In this document: positions 39,035 to 46,750 of the stretch, in pieces
Layout: every line of letters begins with the position of its first letter
How positions within the stretch are numbered: position 1 is the first letter of the stretch
Source of the DNA: a virus
Lineage: Duplodnaviria; Caudoviricetes
Direction: 5' to 3' (one strand)
Virus record (IMG/VR): IMGVR_UViG_3300044703_000055
Coordinates: 1 to 51,124 of that record
Length of the DNA: 51,124 nt
The notes under the pieces: model-generated
Database searches by the model: none
Told to the model about the DNA's origin: nothing
Seen by the model: the letters and a program-made list of their open reading frames with translations, nothing else
Position numbers and translations under genes: made by a program

Positions 39035-39790
39035 ATGAACAAGCTCATCATCGGCCTCGCCGACAAAACTTCCGCGCTCCCCACTAAGCAGGGGTTTCTT
39101 TTAATAGACGACGGACCGATAGCAGACCATTTTTTAAAGAAGCAGAAGCGTGCGGTGCTCTTTGACCACGCAGAACACAGCCTCAATCCGCTTGCGGGAA
39201 TGACCTACCAGCAGGCGCGGGAACTCACCGCGGTCTTGTACGGCTCGGAGGGAAAGGACACGCTCACGGTGCGCAACGGCAAGCGCTCACTGACGCGAAT
39301 GCTCCTCGAAGCGGACAGCCTCGACAAGATTAAGGGAGGAAAGAGCGACGCCGATAAGGAGGCTCAGGCTACGGTAGACGATATCCTTCTCTCGCCCGTC
39401 TTACGGGACGTCCTATGCCGGCGGACGAACTTCACCTTCAAGGAAGGGCAATCGATTGTCGCCAAGATCAATCGTGCGGAAATTGGAGACAACGACGCCT
39501 TTATCCTTGGCTCGCTGCTTATCTCCCAATTCAAGGGGCAGATCATTGTCCCTGATTTTGGATTTTACGCGCGAGACTTCCACGCCTCCTTAGTCCGTCA
39601 GAACCGCCTCATCGCGGGGATCTATTCGCTCTCCGAACTGGACAAGAAGCTCCGGCAGCTCTGCCTCTTGATGCCGAAGGTGCCGCTGCAATGCACTGTG
39701 GAGGATGCCCAGGTGCTGGCTTTATATGAAGGCCTGACGCCGGGCACCGTCGCATACTCGGACTATGTGTCGGGCGCGGTGGGTGCCTAG
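39035..39790 (+). CDS. Degenerate VirD4/TraD-like ATPase-fold protein
   Basis: LIIGLADKT, FLLIDDG, HSLNPL, LLSPVLRDVL, IVAKINRAEIGD..AFILGSLLI track the motif order of 4906-7047. Confidence 0.65.
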   Translation: MNKLIIGLADKTSALPTKQGFLLIDDGPIADHFLKKQKRAVLFDHAEHSLNPLAGMTYQQARELTAVLYGSEGKDTLTVRNGKRSLTRMLLEADSLDKIKGGKSDADKEAQATVDDILLSPVLRDVLCRRTNFTFKEGQSIVAKINRAEIGDNDAFILGSLLISQFKGQIIVPDFGFYARDFHASLVRQNRLIAGIYSLSELDKKLRQLCLLMPKVPLQCTVEDAQVLALYEGLTPGTVAYSDYVSGAVGA

Positions 39791-39865
39791 GCGGAGTTGG
39801 CAGGAGCTGGGGGAATTGTATTCTGGAGTTGTGCCGGTACAATCACCTCAACTTGGGGGATTTCG

Positions 39866-40543
39866 ATGGCTGAGCACACCAAAGCCCACCTTTGGATCAA
39901 TACATGCATAGCAGTACTTGCGTTTGTCGCTTCTGGTGCCACTGCCATGTTGTCATGGTGGACATATCAGCTGAAAAGCGAATCTCTAGGCTTTACCACT
40001 AGAGCGAACTATGACTGTAGAATACAGTTCGTAAAATTTGGGAACACCGGCGTTCTTGGCATTTGCGCTTCCGTCACTATTACAAATCAAAGCGATATTC
40101 GTACCTCAATCGTGTCCTATGACACTCATTCCGTTGTAGACGGCGCGACCTCACACTTTAGTGGTTTCACAGAGCTGGAGGACGAAAACGGAAAGCAAAT
40201 TGCGCTTCCTGTTGCAATCGGCGCAGGCGATCCGCTCGCTTATGTGATGCGTGTGCCGATCACAGTTCCACAATCTGTCACCCAGATAATAGATAAGATG
40301 GGAGGGAGTGCACCTCTGTCTTCATTAACACTTGATAATTTGATGGACGAAGTACTTAGGTCCGCCATCGATCTAATCGGTAACCCGGTCGAGGTGCATC
40401 CGGATAGCGGCCGCAAGCTCGTAACGTATGGGCGATCTGCGAATGTCGTCATCGCCTTTATGAGATTTCATACGGGGCGCCACAATACCTTTACTGCTAA
40501 ATTCACCTACCCGCCCAATTACAGTGATTATCCCACCCATTGA
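39866..40543 (+). CDS. Membrane-anchored hypothetical protein
   Basis: N-terminal TM, beta-rich remainder (SVTITNQSDIRTSI); TACAAT and GGGGGA upstream. Confidence 0.65.
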   Translation: MAEHTKAHLWINTCIAVLAFVASGATAMLSWWTYQLKSESLGFTTRANYDCRIQFVKFGNTGVLGICASVTITNQSDIRTSIVSYDTHSVVDGATSHFSGFTELEDENGKQIALPVAIGAGDPLAYVMRVPITVPQSVTQIIDKMGGSAPLSSLTLDNLMDEVLRSAIDLIGNPVEVHPDSGRKLVTYGRSANVVIAFMRFHTGRHNTFTAKFTYPPNYSDYPTH

Positions 40544-40593
40544 GGCGGAGCTGGGGAATTGAAGGAACTGCGCTACAGGAACGGCGCCAAGGG

Positions 40594-41379
40594 ATGCAGA
40601 AAAAGGCTATGTCCTTGAAGTTTTTTCGAGACTTCCCTAAAACTATTCGGCGCACCCTTTATGAATCCACCTTACCGCTTTTCGGTGGGGGAGCATGGGT
40701 TGCATGGTCTTGGTATAAAACTCTCCCATTTTTTGAAGCGTTGTCCGGCTTCGGAATAGGTTACCTTTTTGTTCTTTCCGTTCAAGGGCAATTCTTGCGC
40801 ATCGCAAAGAACGTTCGTGATGAAAGCGATGCGGATGAATTTCGCGGATCATTTGCGACCTTACAGCAGGGTCTGGATGAATTGCGCAGACTCACTGCAC
40901 GAAGCGGGTCAACACAGCCGTCAACGACCGTCCTTATTCCGGCCCCGGAGGCCTCCGACATCGCGGAACTTGACTTCGCGAAACAGGCGAAACGGTTACT
41001 TGCAGAGGGATACTATTACGCGGCCGTTTTGGTCGCTGCTGTCGGCTTCGAGCGCGCCGCCCGTGAAATATATATGAAAGTGGATTGGCGAGGAAAACGC
41101 GTGCCACTTGGAAGGATTATACGCGATTTTTCTCTCAAACTTGCAAACCGCGATGATATTGAGACTCTGGAAACCTTGAATCGGCTGCGCAACAATATCG
41201 TCCATGCTCAAGGTGAGGCGCCTTGGATCGGAAAGACTCAGGCCGAGGAGATGGTAGCTGCGTTCGAGAAGGGCTCCTCATTATTAACCGGTGCCTTTAC
41301 TGGTTTCGACGAAGATATCTATATAGACCACGAGCAAAGTGACTGGGAGCGTTCATCACGCGGTGTCACAATGAGATAA
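40594..41379 (+). CDS. 2-TM plus HEPN-like domain protein
   Basis: Two TM segments; YYAAVLVAAVGFE and LNRLRNNIVH (R-x4-H). Confidence 0.65.
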   Translation: MQKKAMSLKFFRDFPKTIRRTLYESTLPLFGGGAWVAWSWYKTLPFFEALSGFGIGYLFVLSVQGQFLRIAKNVRDESDADEFRGSFATLQQGLDELRRLTARSGSTQPSTTVLIPAPEASDIAELDFAKQAKRLLAEGYYYAAVLVAAVGFERAAREIYMKVDWRGKRVPLGRIIRDFSLKLANRDDIETLETLNRLRNNIVHAQGEAPWIGKTQAEEMVAAFEKGSSLLTGAFTGFDEDIYIDHEQSDWERSSRGVTMR

Positions 41380-41454
41380 CGGTACTTATGGGTTGTTTGC
41401 ATGTTGTTTCGAGTGTGGATAGCGAACACGAACGCTTGTGCTATGATGGCGACT

Positions 41455-41592
41455 ATGATCGAAACACTATCTCTTGGCCAACAGCTTGCGGCACTTTCTT
41501 TGAAAAAGCGACGTAAGACCCTGCGTACAAAAAAGGCGTGGAGCGACCATATGAAGAAGGTTCGCGCAGCGGCGCTTGACAAGCGTTCGTAA
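41455..41592 (+). CDS. 45-aa basic protein, candidate regulator
   Basis: MIETLSLGQQLAALSLKKRRKTLRTKKAWSDHMKKVRAAALDKRS; TG-C-TATGAT 7 nt upstream. Confidence 0.55.
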   Translation: MIETLSLGQQLAALSLKKRRKTLRTKKAWSDHMKKVRAAALDKRS

Positions 41593-41606
41593 TCAACGCC
41601 GAGCAG

Positions 41607-41652
41607 TTATCCACATGGACGGACGAGCGTTCGTCACTTACAATTATCCACG
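41607..41652 (+). promoter_or_regulatory. Sigma70 promoter flanked by DnaA-box-like sites
   Basis: TGGACG(41616-21)-N17-TACAAT(41639-44); TTATCCACA at 41607-15 and TTATCCACG at 41644-52. Confidence 0.65.
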
Positions 41653-41845
41653 GATGGAAAGGAGCGGTGGCGGAATAGAAAACGCAACCACAGTGCGCGT
41701 ACTGCATTGCAAATGGGAAATGCAGGTAAACAGCGGGAGCCCAAAAAGTTCATGCGGCGCTTGCGGGGTGACTTACCTAGTGAGGGTCGCGCCCTCTAAA
41801 GGCGAAGACGGATGCCTTCAAATCCTCGCCCGCTTCAATCCATCT
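41652..41845 (+). ncRNA. tRNA-like RNA with expanded anticodon-arm and T-loop insertions
   Basis: Acceptor GGAGCGG/CCGCTTC+A, D arm GCG-GAATAGAAAA-CGC, T stem GCGGGG/CCTCGC with TTCAAAT, outer stem GGATGGA/TCCATCT. Confidence 0.6.
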
Positions 41846-41866
41846 AGCTCATTCACACAACAAATA

Positions 41867-41988
41867 GCGGATACAGGGCTTACGGGGGAGCGAGTGTGAG
41901 GTCGCGCGGCGGTTGGGCTTCACACCGATACTGGTGGTGCACTACCAGTTGGCTGAGGCTCCGCGCCTCCCCGCAAGTTCTGTATCGC
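41867..41988 (+). ncRNA. Multibranch structured RNA candidate 2
   Basis: GATACAGGGCTTACGGGG pairs with CCCCGCAAGTTCTGTATC; inner hairpins GTGTGAGGTC/GGCTTCACAC and ACTGGTGG/CTACCAGT. Confidence 0.5.
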
Positions 41989-41993
41989 AGACA

Positions 41994-42102
41994 CATCGGA
42001 AGTGGACTGCTGGAAGACAGCTCTAAGGTTGTCGTCGGAGCGACGGCGTAACACGCAACCTGATAACGCGCCGTTTGAGCCTCCAGCCGCCCCCTTCCGA
42101 TG
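41994..42102 (+). ncRNA. Multibranch structured RNA candidate 3
   Basis: CATCGGAAG/CTTCCGATG closing stem, GCTGGA/TCCAGC, AGGTTG/CAACCT. Confidence 0.45.
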
Positions 42103-42294
42103 ATCACCAGCTAACCAATTGAATTATGGCAAGATGCATTTGCGTCTGCGGCAACGAGCACGAGATAGACGACCAACTCGACAACGATGCCGCAGACGAA
42201 GAATTATCAGGGTAGCTAATCAACTTAATAGCCTTATGCCCTCCATCCCGCGTACCCATAAGGCGCGCGGGGTAGAGGGAAAACAAAATCAATT

Positions 42295-42462
42295 ATGGGT
42301 TGGAAACAACAAATGGCTCAGTTGCGAGCCAAGAGTAAACGGCCGTCAAATTCCAAGCGAGCGCGTGGGCTTTGCCAGCACGACGGCTGCGAGGGCAAGC
42401 GACGGGCAAACTCTACCAGATGCGCGGAACACGCGCCAAAGAAGCGAGCGCCACGCATATGA
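42295..42462 (+). CDS. 55-aa basic Cys/His zinc-finger protein
   Basis: Manual translation ...GLCQHDGCEGKRRANSTRCAEHAPKK...; ATGA overlap with next. Confidence 0.55.
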   Translation: MGWKQQMAQLRAKSKRPSNSKRARGLCQHDGCEGKRRANSTRCAEHAPKKRAPRI

Positions 42463-42662
42463 GCTACACGCTAAAGAAGCACACCATCGTCTACACGTTC
42501 TACCACCTGCACCGCAAACAAGAGATCGTCTACAGCCGCTACACAGATCGAGGGCGGCAGATCGAGGCGGAGATGCTTCGCGAGCGGCGCGAGAAGGCCG
42601 CGCGGCATATCTCCATATTCGCAGCCTTTGGCTTTACGAGCTTCACCGCCGCATATGCCTAA
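42459..42662 (+). CDS. Hypothetical protein
   Basis: MSYTLKKHTIVY...; chained overlap. Confidence 0.5.
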   Translation: MSYTLKKHTIVYTFYHLHRKQEIVYSRYTDRGRQIEAEMLRERREKAARHISIFAAFGFTSFTAAYA

Positions 42663-42804
42663 CGCCGCGCGCCTCGCCTTCCTTGCCAAATACGGTCGCA
42701 GCGAGACCGACGTGTGGATGGATAGCCAAGGCAAGGAATACATCTACGTGGGAGATTACCGCAGGCTGTACTTAGAGGAGGGATTACCACATCAAAATAA
42801 ATAA
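42655..42804 (+). CDS. Hypothetical protein (49 aa)
   Basis: MPNAARLAFLAKYGRSETDVWMDSQGKEYIYVGDY...; ends 2 nt before nuclease gene. Confidence 0.5.
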   Translation: MPNAARLAFLAKYGRSETDVWMDSQGKEYIYVGDYRRLYLEEGLPHQNK

Positions 42805-42806
42805 CT

Positions 42807-43745
42807 ATGAAGAAGATCATTCGAGAGACAGATGAAAAACTAGGAATCGTACAAGTCACTATCGCAGACGAACGCTGGTACATGAGGCCAGCGAAAGACC
42901 CGGTAACGGGATTGCCCACACACTTGGCCGTCCCGTCCGTCACCTGGATTGCCGGTCACTACCCCAAGGGTATCGGCTTTTATAAATGGCTCGCAGACCG
43001 AGGCTGGGACGAGGCGCAGGCTGTAAAGCAAGCCGCGGGCAACAAGGGCTCGAAAGTCCACGCGGCCATCAGCGCCATCATCGAGGGCGAAGAAGTCCGC
43101 ATTGATAGCAAGTATCTCAATCCCGAAACCGGCGTGTTCGAGGAACTCACACTCGAAGAATGCGACGCCATTAAATCGTTCGTCGATTGGCAGAAGGCAA
43201 CGAACCCGGAGACGATCGTGCAAGACGTGACGATCTTTTCGGAGAAGTACAACTACGCCGGAACGATTGACTACATCTGCAAGATCGACGGGAGGGTCTA
43301 TCTCGTCGATTTCAAGACGAGCGCGGAGGTGTGGCCGGAGTACGAGCTGCAGGTGTCGGCCTACAAGCAGCCCTTGCAGAATGCGGAATTCAGCATTCCC
43401 GGGTTCGTGGACGTGTCCGACATCCAGCTTGCCATCCTGCAGATCGGCTACCGACGCAACAAGGCCGGGTACAAGTGGAACGAGATCGAAGATCAGTTCC
43501 CCCTATTCCTGGCGGCTCGGCAAATCTGGGCGAAGGAGTGCGACGGCCAGCAGCCGAAGAAGCGCGATTACCCGATTGTGCTTTCACCGAAGCGCAAGGC
43601 ACCGCAGGTCGATGAGCCGAAGGAACAGTTGCCATTACCAGAAGATAAGTACGAAGCCGAGGCCGAACCCGAGCCTATGCCCGAGGCCGCGCCCGAGCCT
43701 ATGCCCGAGCGACCGCCGCGAAAGAAGGCGAAGGCCGCCAAATAA
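42807..43745 (+). CDS. PD-(D/E)XK exonuclease (Cas4/RecB-like phage recombination nuclease)
   Basis: PSVTWI, GSKVHAAI, YAGTIDYI...YLVDFKTS, LQVSAY; Pro/Glu-rich tail. Confidence 0.85.
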   Translation: MKKIIRETDEKLGIVQVTIADERWYMRPAKDPVTGLPTHLAVPSVTWIAGHYPKGIGFYKWLADRGWDEAQAVKQAAGNKGSKVHAAISAIIEGEEVRIDSKYLNPETGVFEELTLEECDAIKSFVDWQKATNPETIVQDVTIFSEKYNYAGTIDYICKIDGRVYLVDFKTSAEVWPEYELQVSAYKQPLQNAEFSIPGFVDVSDIQLAILQIGYRRNKAGYKWNEIEDQFPLFLAARQIWAKECDGQQPKKRDYPIVLSPKRKAPQVDEPKEQLPLPEDKYEAEAEPEPMPEAAPEPMPERPPRKKAKAAK

Positions 43746-43748
43746 CAT

Positions 43749-43988
43749 ATGGACAGACCTATTTCGCCCAAGTCCCGCACCGTCGCCCTTGTGCTGTGCT
43801 TCTTCTTCGGTGCACTCGGTATCCACCGCATCTATGTCGGGAAGCTGGGGAGCGGCACCACAATGATCATCGTGAGCCTCACCATGATCGGCCTGCTGGT
43901 CACTGGCGTGTGGGCGTTCGTGGACATGGTCGTGATCGCGTGTGGGCAGTTCCGCGATGCAGAAGGGCAGCTTATTAGCAACTGGTAA
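43749..43988 (+). CDS. TM2 domain membrane protein
   Basis: KSRTVALVLCFFFGALGIHRIYVGK...WAFVDMVVIACGQFRDAEG. Confidence 0.9.
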   Translation: MDRPISPKSRTVALVLCFFFGALGIHRIYVGKLGSGTTMIIVSLTMIGLLVTGVWAFVDMVVIACGQFRDAEGQLISNW

Positions 43989-43993
43989 AACCT

Positions 43994-44128
43994 ATGGACG
44001 ACGCAGAACGTGACGAATACGAGAAGCAAATAAAGCAGCTCAACGAGCAGCTTGACGACGCAATGGAGCAGCTAGGAAGCGCAATCGAACTATTAAACGA
44101 AATAAGACGCATGACCAAAAATGTATGA
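43994..44128 (+). CDS. 44-aa coiled-coil protein
   Basis: MDDAERDEYEKQIKQLNEQLDDAMEQL...; ATGA overlap with next. Confidence 0.55.
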   Translation: MDDAERDEYEKQIKQLNEQLDDAMEQLGSAIELLNEIRRMTKNV

Positions 44129-44967
44129 CTACCGAAACACCATTCGACCCATCAGTAGCTAGTGGAGAAAGCAATTACAACGCGCCGCGCCCTCTCGAAT
44201 TGAACGAGGTGATGCTAAACGGCGACGGTGACGTGAACGAAGTGACGCCGGGAAAATTCGAGCGCAAAGGGGGTTACTTCCGCAAGCGCCTCATCGTCGG
44301 TAATCCCAAGGGGGAGAAGCCCGAGGAAGTGAACCTTGGCACCGAAGTCAGGCTGGTATTCCTCAAAATCCGCCGCCGCCTGGTGCAGCGCGGCGCAGAC
44401 GGCAAAATCGTCCGCTCTACAACCGAGCACAATGCCCCGAACGAATCCGTGTTCCTTTACGAGGACGGTTCAAAGCAGCCGGTAGCCGGTGTCGCGTCGG
44501 ATCTCCGCACGAAGCACGAGGGCTTGCGTACCGTGCAGCACGTCTACGCACTTCTGCTTGGCGCGAAAGAGCCGGAGTTGGTGAAGCTGGTCCTTAAAGG
44601 CGCGTCGCTCGGCAGTGACGTGAAGGCAGATGGCGTGACGAAGTTCTACGAGTACCTTGGCTCATTCGGGAAGGAGCACTTCTACGAATACGAGACGGTG
44701 CTGAAGCCCGTGTTCGAACAGGGGAAGAAATCGTACTTCGCCATCAACTTCGTTCGCGGCGAGAAGCTAGACGCCGCGACGTACGCCCTTGCCATGCAGC
44801 ATATGAAAGCCGTGCACGAAAAGTGCGTGGAGATCGACACAGCACGTGCGTTGAAGATCGCGAGAGGCGTCACGAGTGACATCGTGCCGGACGGGGAAGC
44901 GGCGCCGGAGGAGACAGGCGTCGAATACCCAAAGGACGACATTAATCCGGATGATATCCCGTTCTAG
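44125..44967 (+). CDS. Putative ssDNA-binding/annealing protein
   Basis: SSB-type acidic tail EYPKDDINPDDIPF; near exonuclease. Confidence 0.65.
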   Translation: MTTETPFDPSVASGESNYNAPRPLELNEVMLNGDGDVNEVTPGKFERKGGYFRKRLIVGNPKGEKPEEVNLGTEVRLVFLKIRRRLVQRGADGKIVRSTTEHNAPNESVFLYEDGSKQPVAGVASDLRTKHEGLRTVQHVYALLLGAKEPELVKLVLKGASLGSDVKADGVTKFYEYLGSFGKEHFYEYETVLKPVFEQGKKSYFAINFVRGEKLDAATYALAMQHMKAVHEKCVEIDTARALKIARGVTSDIVPDGEAAPEETGVEYPKDDINPDDIPF

Positions 44968-44969
44968 CT

Positions 44970-45278
44970 ATGGGAAAGCATCTTCACGAGTGCGAAAAAT
45001 GCGAGCGCTCATTCGCAACCGCACGAGGGCTACAACAGCACGATCGAAAAGCTCATCCCTATATCCCACCGCCGCCTCCAAAACGTGAAACGCACACTGC
45101 ACCGGATGAGTACGAGAACCATACATTGATAGGCGGTAACACGTTGTCTCTCGGCGACATCGTATGGGTTGGTCGAAAGACCGTCATCACGTCTATTACC
45201 AAAACCGAAGGCTCTAAAGACGTGTCGGTCGTGCTTCGGATCACACGCAAATGGTGGAGCGCAGAGGAAATCTCGTAA
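44970..45278 (+). CDS. C2H2 zinc-finger protein
   Basis: HECEKCERSFATARGLQQHDRKAH. Confidence 0.75.
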   Translation: MGKHLHECEKCERSFATARGLQQHDRKAHPYIPPPPPKRETHTAPDEYENHTLIGGNTLSLGDIVWVGRKTVITSITKTEGSKDVSVVLRITRKWWSAEEIS

Positions 45279-45281
45279 CCT

Positions 45282-45611
45282 ATGCCCCTCACCATCGAAC
45301 GCATCGAACAGCGCATGAAGGGAGTGGAACTCACGCCGCGGCAGGTACGCGATTACAAAACGTACCTGACGGCGATCTACTCCCTTTATGCCGGTGAGAT
45401 GAAGCAGATCGCCACCGCGCGAGCAAGCGCGTGGCTCGACATCCGCGCCGAGAAGAACAGCGACAAGGCCGCGGATCGCGAGTGGCACACGACGCCTAAG
45501 GGTATCCGCGAGATCGAACTGAAATGGGACATGCGCCGGATCGACAAACTTATCAGCGCCCTCAATACGCACATGCGCGTCATGGAAGGCGAAGCTAAAA
45601 ACATCATGTAG
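45282..45611 (+). CDS. Helical protein, UvsY-like (tentative)
   Basis: KNSDKAADREW...coiled coil, in recombination block. Confidence 0.5.
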   Translation: MPLTIERIEQRMKGVELTPRQVRDYKTYLTAIYSLYAGEMKQIATARASAWLDIRAEKNSDKAADREWHTTPKGIREIELKWDMRRIDKLISALNTHMRVMEGEAKNIM

Positions 45612-45613
45612 GT

Positions 45614-45889
45614 ATGGAGCCTATTGGAGCGATCGTTCAGAAAAAGACTATCGAAAGGCCGAGCCGAAAGACCGAACGCGGGGAATTCCTGCAAGAATTC
45701 TTGCAGAACATTAAACCAGGTTGGGACGCCGCCCGCTTCGGAGAATTGACGATCGGGCGTATCGCGAGAAAACTTCAGGGCGTTCCAACTAAGGATCTGT
45801 ACTACCTCAAACGTGTTTGCGAGGACAGCAAGAACTACGCAAAGCGGTTCTTCTGGGAGCTTAATGCCGAGAAGCACAACAATCTATGA
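45614..45889 (+). CDS. Hypothetical protein
   Basis: Chained operon ORF. Confidence 0.65.
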   Translation: MEPIGAIVQKKTIERPSRKTERGEFLQEFLQNIKPGWDAARFGELTIGRIARKLQGVPTKDLYYLKRVCEDSKNYAKRFFWELNAEKHNNL

Positions 45890-46218
45890 ACCAACCAACG
45901 CAGCAAGAGCGGATATTGAAGGTGCTCGAATCCGTCCGCGACGGCACACACCAGATCGCCGACGAGTACATTCGCCATCATCCCAGCGGAGACGGCGTAA
46001 GCGCCCGATACTTCAAGCAAGTCATGCTTATTTCGGAAGTGAACGGCCGCATTAGCGAGCTACGGGCGAAGGGTCGCGACATCGAGACCAGCAAGCAGAA
46101 GGATCGGTACGGCTTCGCCTACCATCGGCTTGCGCCGGATCGCGCCGCCCTCAGCCCCGCCGAGCTGATCGCGTGGAGTAAGGAGGCGGTTAAAAAGGAA
46201 TTTCCCACTACTGTATGA
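45886..46218 (+). CDS. Winged-helix DNA-binding protein
   Basis: TQQERILKVL...NGRISELRAKGRDIET...AYHRL. Confidence 0.7.
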   Translation: MNQPTQQERILKVLESVRDGTHQIADEYIRHHPSGDGVSARYFKQVMLISEVNGRISELRAKGRDIETSKQKDRYGFAYHRLAPDRAALSPAELIAWSKEAVKKEFPTTV

Positions 46219-46352
46219 GAACCAGAAAAGAGATAGAGGAAGGAGCATCGAATTTTGCACCCGATGGTATGGAGAACATGCGGGGTTCAATGTTGGAAGT
46301 CCTCCTCGACATCCGAGACCTCCTTACCCGCCCACCAGCGGCGACGCTATAA
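46215..46352 (+). CDS. 45-aa hypothetical protein
   Basis: MRTRKEIEE...LEVLLDIRDLLT...; ATGA overlap. Confidence 0.55.
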   Translation: MRTRKEIEEGASNFAPDGMENMRGSMLEVLLDIRDLLTRPPAATL

Positions 46353-46355
46353 GGT

Positions 46356-46613
46356 ATGAACGACTGGAAAAAGGAATTCGACGACACATTCATCCCTGTT
46401 TACTTCGACGCTGAAAGTCGGCGTGATCGGTACACGCACATGAGTGGTAAGCCGGGAGAAATCAAAGCATTCATCTCCCGCCTCCTCGAAGAGCAGAAGA
46501 AGCGGCATGTCAAGATTTTGGATGGACTAAAACTGGACCCATGGAACGGTAAGGGTGATTGGGATCACGCTCTGGCCGCGGCAATTAGAAGGATCACCGG
46601 CGGCAACGCCTAA
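46356..46613 (+). CDS. Hypothetical protein
   Basis: MNDWKKEFD...IKAFISRLLEEQ. Confidence 0.6.
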   Translation: MNDWKKEFDDTFIPVYFDAESRRDRYTHMSGKPGEIKAFISRLLEEQKKRHVKILDGLKLDPWNGKGDWDHALAAAIRRITGGNA

Positions 46614-46750
46614 CTGTACAAGACGCTACGAAGAAACAAAGAAGCGGCTTGCCCGAAACAGGCGCGCCCTATTGTTATCAACAAGGATATCCGGTTCTAC
46701 GAGGACGAAACGACTCTGCAATTTATCGTCCATCAGCGGAGGAAAGCAAC

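Noticed and set aside
41652-41845. Canonical tRNA or tmRNA
   Set aside because: No anticodon stem-loop, interrupted T-loop, no G3-U70 alanine identity and no tag ORF seen
41576-42775. Long ORFs 41576-41899 and 42119-42775
   Set aside because: TTG starts, unprotein-like composition; region better explained by a promoter, structured RNAs and chained small ORFs
42807-43745. CRISPR-associated Cas4
   Set aside because: No Fe-S cysteine set or array; context is phage recombination
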